A stretch of 64,000 nt of DNA, taken from NCBI GenBank assembly GCA_964519305.1, contig CAZFHY010000003.1, forward strand, positions 1 through 64,000, given 5' to 3'. A program made the position numbers and the translations under genes. The notes below the pieces were generated by a model. The model saw nothing but the letters and a program-made list of their open reading frames with translations. It was not told the origin of the DNA and ran no database searches. Positions 57,634 through 64,000 of this stretch are shown here, piece by piece. The first letter of the stretch is position 1. Each line of letters starts with the position of its first letter. This DNA comes from Candidatus Undinarchaeota archaeon (GTDB taxonomy: Archaea; SpSt-1190; JASMDC01).

Positions 57634-60012
57634 CTATCCTTCCCGCCACACCAGGATACCTGAAACAAGGTTCAGAACGGCCACAAGACCACATACTACA
57701 GGTATCCCCCATAGCGGGATGAGGAGAGCCGAGATGACCAGTGCGCCAACGCACGAGCCCACGAGGTCCGCAGAATAGAGGGCGGACGCCGTCCCTGCAA
57801 CGTCACCTGAGAAATGGAGCGAAGCAGCAAGTGGGAACTCCATCCCCACGAGAACGCCTACGATGAGATTGAGCAGCGGGAACGCGACATGAGCTACCAC
57901 CGGTGCCCACCATCCCCATGACAACCGGGACAAGATCGTGAGCGTCGGTACAAGAAGAATGGCGACAACCGCGATGGCGGCCTCCAGGGTGAAGAGCTGA
58001 CGTCGTGTCCGTGGCCCTTCCATCCTGTTGATGTGGTTCGAGCCTATGGCCAGCCCCACCATGAAGGCGGTGACAAGTAGCCCGAGACTACTGTACACGT
58101 ACCCGTGGATGAGCTGGAAACCGACGACGAGCACGACCGCGAGCGCAGAGCCCGCCAAGCCTGTGGTCAGGATGGCCAAGGGGACCGGCCGAGTGCGGGC
58201 GAGCGTCATGAGGCATAGTGCGATCAACATTGCGGCTGGGATCGTAGGATCTATCTCCCGCTCACCCTTAAAGTACGCCATCCAGTGGAGCAAGGCGTAA
58301 TATGAGGTGACCGGACGTAGGTCGGAGTTCTCGCCCACATCGTCGGTGAGCGAAGAATCGATCAGGTCAAGACGGTCCTTGGTGAGATGCCACCCGATGT
58401 ACTCACGACGTACGTACTGCGTGGGGATCCCCCGCTCTTCGACCAGTCGAGGGATGTCCCTGTGAAGGGATCTGTCGCCTGCAACGAAGAAAGTGCGTCC
58501 TCCGGGGATAGCGGTAACGTGATTGAACTGAGACGCGAGAGTGCGGTACACTGCTGAGTTGAGCTGACGTCGTTCCGCGCTAACGTAGTTCGCGATACCT
58601 TCCACGCCTAGCGAGACAACGCCACCAGGTCGAAGGATGCGGGCGACCTCGTCCATGAACTCCCGTGTATAGAACCGGTTGATCTGTGTTGTCGTCGGGT
58701 CAGGGAGATCGATGATGACAACGTCGTAACGTTCCGTTGTCTGTCGTACGTATAACCGACCGTCCATGGCGTGGACGTGGATGCGCTCATCGTCAAGATT
58801 GCGTGTGAAGCGTTTACCTACCTCGATGATGAGGGGATCGAGCTCAACGTAATCGACACGTTCAATACCATACTTCAATGCTTCCATGGCAGTGCCGGCC
58901 ACACCTCCGGAGATGATGAGCACATTCTCAGGTGCCGGGTGTTGGAGCATGGCGTAGTGCACTGTTTCCTCGCGAGAGACGTTGCTACCTGTAGTGAAGA
59001 GCGGTGTCCCACTCTCCCAGAACGTGAGCTGGTCACTCTCACGTGTTACCACGAGCTTCCCATAGGGTGACTCTTGTGCGAACACAAGGTCTACCAATCC
59101 CTCCTCTGGCCGTCCGGGATCCTGGAGGAAACCAACGAGCCGGGACGGAGAACCGAGCACAAAAGCCGCAGCCTCGGGCGTGCTGAAGAGGATGCGTGTC
59201 GTGGCAAGCTCAATGTCGACAACTAGGAACGCGAGGACTATCGCAATGGCAAATACTACAAGACCCCGTCCTAGATCCTTGCGGCCAGTGGAACGGCTTA
59301 TGACGACCGCCGCGATCATGTTCACGATGAAGATGAAAGTAGTGATATGGAACGGGCGTAGGACGTGGACAAGAAGGAACGAGAACAGTACACCTCCCAG
59401 TATGTCGCCGATGTTGTCCATGAAGTAGACCTCTCCGATGTCCTCGGCGCGTTCCCCACGGGAGAGTACGAGACATGCCAGTGTGAGGAGGAATCCGGAG
59501 ATGATACAATAGGGTGCGAGTAATACCAATGCCGATCCCATCACCTCGATGAACCCCACCATCCTACCCTGCTGGAACACGACGTTGCGCAGTAGGCGGA
59601 CGATCAGGATATGGAGGAAAGGTAGTACCGCGACGGCCACCTGTGAGGCGATAAGGATGCGCATGCGGTCCTCGATTCTATGGGCCCAGCGTCCAATGAC
59701 GGCACCAATTGCATCGAGCAACAGCCAGGATGAGAGGATGATACCGAATACTAGCTCGTTGCCATGGAACACGCTCATGAACTCCCGCATGATCAGGAGC
59801 TGTGTGATGATGGACGATACACCCAGTGCGGTGATCGATAGGAAGACGCGGGTCTTGAGCGTGGAGTCAAGGGATAGCCAGTCCTTGACCATAGTCACCG
59901 TATCATGACCATGGTCCTTGTCAAGGGCATCCGTACCGGAGTCTCGATCCTTGATGCTATCCTTCTCATCGTCGGCCGTTTCACGCACCTTCCTACGCTT
60001 CCTACGGCCCAT
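57634..60012 (-). CDS. Membrane-fused spermidine-synthase-like SAM-dependent protein
   Basis: REFMSVFHGNEL; ESPYGKL; EETVHYAMLQHP; LIISGGVAG; YVELDP; DGR; DVVIIDLPDP...NRFYTREF; NSDLRP; LYSADLVG. Start ATG 60012 with TTTAATA about 25 nt upstream. Confidence 0.88.
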   Translation of the reverse strand: MGRRKRRKVRETADDEKDSIKDRDSGTDALDKDHGHDTVTMVKDWLSLDSTLKTRVFLSITALGVSSIITQLLIMREFMSVFHGNELVFGIILSSWLLLDAIGAVIGRWAHRIEDRMRILIASQVAVAVLPFLHILIVRLLRNVVFQQGRMVGFIEVMGSALVLLAPYCIISGFLLTLACLVLSRGERAEDIGEVYFMDNIGDILGGVLFSFLLVHVLRPFHITTFIFIVNMIAAVVISRSTGRKDLGRGLVVFAIAIVLAFLVVDIELATTRILFSTPEAAAFVLGSPSRLVGFLQDPGRPEEGLVDLVFAQESPYGKLVVTRESDQLTFWESGTPLFTTGSNVSREETVHYAMLQHPAPENVLIISGGVAGTAMEALKYGIERVDYVELDPLIIEVGKRFTRNLDDERIHVHAMDGRLYVRQTTERYDVVIIDLPDPTTTQINRFYTREFMDEVARILRPGGVVSLGVEGIANYVSAERRQLNSAVYRTLASQFNHVTAIPGGRTFFVAGDRSLHRDIPRLVEERGIPTQYVRREYIGWHLTKDRLDLIDSSLTDDVGENSDLRPVTSYYALLHWMAYFKGEREIDPTIPAAMLIALCLMTLARTRPVPLAILTTGLAGSALAVVLVVGFQLIHGYVYSSLGLLVTAFMVGLAIGSNHINRMEGPRTRRQLFTLEAAIAVVAILLVPTLTILSRLSWGWWAPVVAHVAFPLLNLIVGVLVGMEFPLAASLHFSGDVAGTASALYSADLVGSCVGALVISALLIPLWGIPVVCGLVAVLNLVSGILVWREG

Positions 60013-60116
60013 ACGGTCGATACACATGCCGGTGAGTATTAAATCTGTTCGCGCCGCGGACGGTCGATATAAAAGAGTTACTCGTACTTGGCTGAACGCC
60101 TGAAAGGTGATTTCAA

Positions 60117-60626
60117 ATGGACGCAATGGATTGTATTCTCACACGACGGAGCATTCGTAAGTACACGGACGATATGATCACCGACGATATTATCGATGAG
60201 CTGTTGAAGGCTGCGATGAGCGCACCTGCGGCAGGGAGTCAGGACCCATGGCACTTCATCCTCATCAAGGACCGGGCTATCCTTGAGAAGGTGCCTGAGG
60301 TCCACCCCTACGCACGTATGGTGCCTGAAGCGTTCGCCGCTATCCTCGTATGCTGGGACCCGACCATCGAGAAGCATAAGGGTTTCGGGGAACAGGACTG
60401 TTCGGCCGCCACCGAGAACATCCTCCTTGCCGCCCAGGCCCGAGGACTTGGCGCTGTTTGGCTCGGATGTCACCCACGCGAGGACCGGGTCAATGGTCTT
60501 CGGGGGCTTCTTGGTATCCCCGACCATGTCATCCCGTTCGCCCTCATCCCCTTTGGACGGCCCGCCGAGGAGAAGGGACCTGCACTCAGGTGGAAGGAGG
60601 ACCGCATCCATCGGAATGGATGGTGA
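60117..60626 (+). CDS. Nitroreductase family protein
   Basis: TRRSIRKY; AAMSAP...QDPWHF; QDCSAATENILLAA...GLGAVWLG; AGGTGA RBS. Confidence 0.95.
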   Translation: MDAMDCILTRRSIRKYTDDMITDDIIDELLKAAMSAPAAGSQDPWHFILIKDRAILEKVPEVHPYARMVPEAFAAILVCWDPTIEKHKGFGEQDCSAATENILLAAQARGLGAVWLGCHPREDRVNGLRGLLGIPDHVIPFALIPFGRPAEEKGPALRWKEDRIHRNGW

Positions 60627-60684
60627 GCGGACCCCGACCACGTAGTAATTAATTACTTGAGTGATGCTCTAATCCCCGTAGAGG

Positions 60685-63468
60685 ATGGAAGGTCGCTCGA
60701 CTGCTCAGGGATGGCTCTTGCTCGTAGTAGTCATCATGCTATTCCTCAATCCCGCTGCAGGCGTCCATTTCAAGCTCGCTGATGAGCGACATGACAACCA
60801 GGGTACTGAGTACACGGTCCGATACCCCATTCCTCTCAAGCGTACCAATGTTAGGATCGACAAGCTCGAGACCGTACACCTCGATTTCCCCGATGACCTC
60901 GTACAAGAGTCGTCCATACGTGTGGTAGAGCGCGTGAACGACACATTCTATGAGATCCCGTACCAAGTGGTCAAGCTAGGTGACGCCTCCACACTCTCCA
61001 AGTACGACTCAGGCTTCGTTAGCGCCATCGACCTGAAGTTGTTCCTCACAAACACTCCTGATAACAGCACTTCCTACTTCGTGCTCGTGTCACCTGAACC
61101 GACACGACGTACCGATTATAGTGGGAGTCACGGTGAAATGATACAGAGCGTAGCCCCGTACATCATCGTGAACAATGATCACCTTGAAGGTACGTTCACA
61201 GAGAACGGCCTCATGCTCAAGGACGCTGGTGGTACGATGCTCTCTGATGGGGACAAGTTCCAGGAGAGACGGACGGCGATGTTGCTCAAGGACCTCCCTT
61301 CACCTAACATAGTCCTCAAACCGCGCCTCTCCGTGGAGCCGACAGAGCTTGGAGTCCGGGTGTACGGGACAATGGTCATGCTCGGTTTCCAGCACACGGT
61401 CGAGTACACGTTCTACGGAACCGCTCCAGTGTTTGAGAGACAGGAGAGGTTCTCCATTCCCGTGGTCTCGGCCAATCTATGTTATGTTATCTTCAAGAGC
61501 CTGGACACCCTGAAACATAGATGGGACATCACGCTCTATCCCGATAACAAGTCATTCCACTTGGATGGGGACAGTAATGATCCCCGGTTCCTCACCGAGC
61601 ACATACCGGTCCAGCGGGGCCAGGTGATAGTCGCTTCGAGCGGTGACATATCTCTGGTGACGATCATCATCGATGTACCTGACTTTGAACTGAATATGGG
61701 ATTCCTCGAGGGGAGCGCGAAGATGTCCATCCCAGGTCTTGGTCTCAAGGACCTAGGCTCAATCCATTTTCCCAATACGATGTACCACGGGATGTACTTC
61801 ACGAACATCTCTCCGGACTATCATATCACCAACCAGTGCGGGGACATCGCAGGAGTGAGCTCGTACCGCCATATCACGTTCATTGTAGATGGTTCTGTAG
61901 ACAAGGCCATGGTCGACGAACTGCGTTCGCTCTATCTTGGTTCGATCCTTGAGGCGAGCGCCCAGTTCGAGGCTGAGTACTATTGGGATGGTGCTTGGCA
62001 ACATGAATCGAGACCTTGTGGTTCGTCGTGCTCATACGATGGGGAATGCGGGGACCGGAAGTGTATCAGCGGCCTCTGTCGGAAACCTACCGAGTGCGTC
62101 TTCGATAATACCTGCTTTCAGAGCGGGACCGAGCTGGAGAGCCGAATGTGCCTTGACGGGGAATGGCTCCAGACCCAGAACGGGTGCGGGCCCTGCGTGG
62201 TCACGGCACAGTGCCGGGGAGGCCGGCGATGCATCGACAACATCTGTCGGGAGAACAGCACCGTATGTGGAAAACAAGGTCGGTGCTTCCCATCTGGCTC
62301 GGTCTACAAGGACGAATATTGCGAGATGGGATTGTTCTTCAGACGGGCTGGTGGTGGTGCCGAGTGCGATCAGGATTACGAATGTGATACAGGTTATGCT
62401 TGCGAGGACAATCACTGTATCAAGAGCGATGGGATGACCTGTACCGATGATAGCGAGTGCAAGAGCAGACACTGCTCTCGTGGTATCTGCTGCGTTCAGG
62501 GTCGTCAGTGCTGCCGGGACGATGAGCAGTGCAAACCGCCAACGCGATGCAATCCCATTACCTTCTACTGCGAAGTGCTCTGCGGTAACGCGGTATGCGA
62601 TCCGGAGGAATGCAGTGACTGCCCGAGCGACTGCTCACTCGAGCTGTGCGCTGACGACCGGTACTGCTCGCCCGAGGTGGGTGAGACATGTGACACGACG
62701 ACCTACTGCGAATGCACGACCGTTGTGCGGGCATTGTTCGACTCGTCCAAGGACCACCGGTTCGATGACATCGTGTTCGTGGAGGCAGAGGTCCAGAACA
62801 TCGGTGATGCTCCAGCCACCTACGATGTTGCCTTCACGGTGAAAGAGCTGAACGTATTCGAGACTAGGAAGAGCGTTCAGATAGGGAAGAACAGCCTCGT
62901 TGTGCTTCCCTTCAACTTCACAGCAAGTGCGCCTTTCGAGACAGTTCACGTTTCCTTCACCGTGTTCTATGGCTCCGGGCGAAAGCGACCTGAGCACAGC
63001 GAGACCTTGACCGTTACCCTCAGGGAGCGCAGGTTCTACGAGACCACATACTTCGAGTACCTCTTCGGTTTCAAGGAAGCATTCGAGATAGTGGTGGCCA
63101 TAGTGACTGTGTTCGGTCTTTTCATGGGATACCGCTCTTGGGTGGGAAGGGGTGAAGCGGCCCCACCCGCCGTCGTATACTACTATTATCCACCTCCCTA
63201 CGAGAGCTATTATGGGCAGTATGGCTATTCATATCCACAGGACGCTTATCCGGTAGGATATGCCGAACAGAGTGAGGACGGCAGCAGCGAGGAGGCACCC
63301 TTACCGGTCGAAGCACCATCTGAAGAAGTACCCGCTCCTGTAGAGGATCCCGCCGCCTACGCCCAAGAGCAGCCTGCGGACCTTGAGCCCGTGCCTGTCG
63401 AACCCGTGGCCGAGGAGCAGTCGGTAGAGTACCAACCGGGGAACGACGGCGTCCCGCCCAGCGATTGA
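60685..63468 (+). CDS. Single-pass surface protein: DUF2341-like/beta-sandwich N-terminus, Cys-rich repeats, Ig-like domain, TM helix, Tyr/Pro/Glu-rich tail
   Basis: Signal WLLLVVVIMLFLNPAAG; SSIRVVE...EIPYQV; Cys modules shared with the 12242 protein; TM FEIVVAIVTVFGLFMGY; tail YYYYPPPYESYYGQYGY. Confidence 0.87.
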   Translation: MEGRSTAQGWLLLVVVIMLFLNPAAGVHFKLADERHDNQGTEYTVRYPIPLKRTNVRIDKLETVHLDFPDDLVQESSIRVVERVNDTFYEIPYQVVKLGDASTLSKYDSGFVSAIDLKLFLTNTPDNSTSYFVLVSPEPTRRTDYSGSHGEMIQSVAPYIIVNNDHLEGTFTENGLMLKDAGGTMLSDGDKFQERRTAMLLKDLPSPNIVLKPRLSVEPTELGVRVYGTMVMLGFQHTVEYTFYGTAPVFERQERFSIPVVSANLCYVIFKSLDTLKHRWDITLYPDNKSFHLDGDSNDPRFLTEHIPVQRGQVIVASSGDISLVTIIIDVPDFELNMGFLEGSAKMSIPGLGLKDLGSIHFPNTMYHGMYFTNISPDYHITNQCGDIAGVSSYRHITFIVDGSVDKAMVDELRSLYLGSILEASAQFEAEYYWDGAWQHESRPCGSSCSYDGECGDRKCISGLCRKPTECVFDNTCFQSGTELESRMCLDGEWLQTQNGCGPCVVTAQCRGGRRCIDNICRENSTVCGKQGRCFPSGSVYKDEYCEMGLFFRRAGGGAECDQDYECDTGYACEDNHCIKSDGMTCTDDSECKSRHCSRGICCVQGRQCCRDDEQCKPPTRCNPITFYCEVLCGNAVCDPEECSDCPSDCSLELCADDRYCSPEVGETCDTTTYCECTTVVRALFDSSKDHRFDDIVFVEAEVQNIGDAPATYDVAFTVKELNVFETRKSVQIGKNSLVVLPFNFTASAPFETVHVSFTVFYGSGRKRPEHSETLTVTLRERRFYETTYFEYLFGFKEAFEIVVAIVTVFGLFMGYRSWVGRGEAAPPAVVYYYYPPPYESYYGQYGYSYPQDAYPVGYAEQSEDGSSEEAPLPVEAPSEEVPAPVEDPAAYAQEQPADLEPVPVEPVAEEQSVEYQPGNDGVPPSD

Positions 63469-63488
63469 TCGAGGTCAGCGAGCACTGC

Positions 63489-64000
63489 TCAGGGGAGCTC
63501 GAACGACACGTCACCGGTGGCGATATCGAACACGGCACCCGTGAGGAGCAGCTTTCCACGATCAACAGCCTCACGGACCACGGCCGAGCCGTTGTAGATG
63601 ACCTTCATAGTATGCTTGACGTTCTCGGCAACGGCGAGCTCGACCAGCGTTGATTCCCTGTCGGGATGGTGTTCGCGGGCTGCGTGGACCGCCGGTTCAA
63701 GGTCGCGAGCTATCTCAGCGATGTTTCCTTCGACAGACCCACTGCAAGCGGCCGTGACCGCACCGCAATGCGTGTGACCAAGTACGATTACGAGAGGTAC
63801 GTCAAGGTGTCTTACAGCGTACTCGATGGAACCCAGTTTCTGAGGCGCTCTTGCAGTGTTCCCTGCATTACGGATACCAAATATATCTCCTGCATCGGCA
63901 TCGAAGATCACCTCGACCGGCACCCGTGAGTCAGAGCAGTACACGATGGCACAGTATGGCTCCTGACCTTCAACGAGCTTCTGTTGTCGCGCGATCGAGA
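63489..64000 (-). CDS. Beta-class carbonic anhydrase (5' end outside the window)
   Basis: GQEPYCAIVYCSDSRVPVE; RNAGN; GSIEYAV; LGHTHCGAV. Confidence 0.95.
   Translation of the reverse strand, partial: SIARQQKLVEGQEPYCAIVYCSDSRVPVEVIFDADAGDIFGIRNAGNTARAPQKLGSIEYAVRHLDVPLVIVLGHTHCGAVTAACSGSVEGNIAEIARDLEPAVHAAREHHPDRESTLVELAVAENVKHTMKVIYNGSAVVREAVDRGKLLLTGAVFDIATGDVSFELP

Noticed and set aside
1-64000. Provirus, transposon or diversity-generating retroelement explaining the surface-gene diversity
   Set aside because: No integrase, transposase, capsid, terminase or reverse transcriptase motif, and no near-identical TR/VR pair noticed by eye.

Overview
Archaeal chromosomal segment: it carries TFB and TBP genes, TATA boxes about 25-30 nt upstream of many starts, and a KRGQ class III signal-peptide protein of the kind common in DPANN lineages (the lineage call is an inference). 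Roughly 45 of the 64 kb encode secreted or membrane-anchored surface proteins, several of them giant and very Cys-rich (1258, ~2100, ~3310, 1738 and 927 aa). Interspersed are a glycosylation/modification cluster (two GT-C-type transferases, one fused to WD40; two GT2s; a flippase-like protein; two radical SAM enzymes), a Tat-signal AmrS-type radical SAM, a divergent TFB-TBP pair, a frameshifted six-repeat DNA-binding protein, a membrane spermidine-synthase-like protein, a nitroreductase and a partial beta-carbonic anhydrase. Top observations: (1) a 1338-aa secreted protein built as a nested, branched tree of seven homologous beta-sandwich domains inserted inside each other and inside an Ig domain; (2) four Cys-rich membrane proteins share a cytoplasmic S-Y-Y-[GA] motif; (3) one of them ends in a cytoplasmic module resembling an adaptin/coatomer appendage. 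Points 2 and 3 together hint at an undescribed receptor sorting or signalling system. No tRNA, rRNA, CRISPR array or transposase was seen. All family calls were made by eye from motifs, without database searches.
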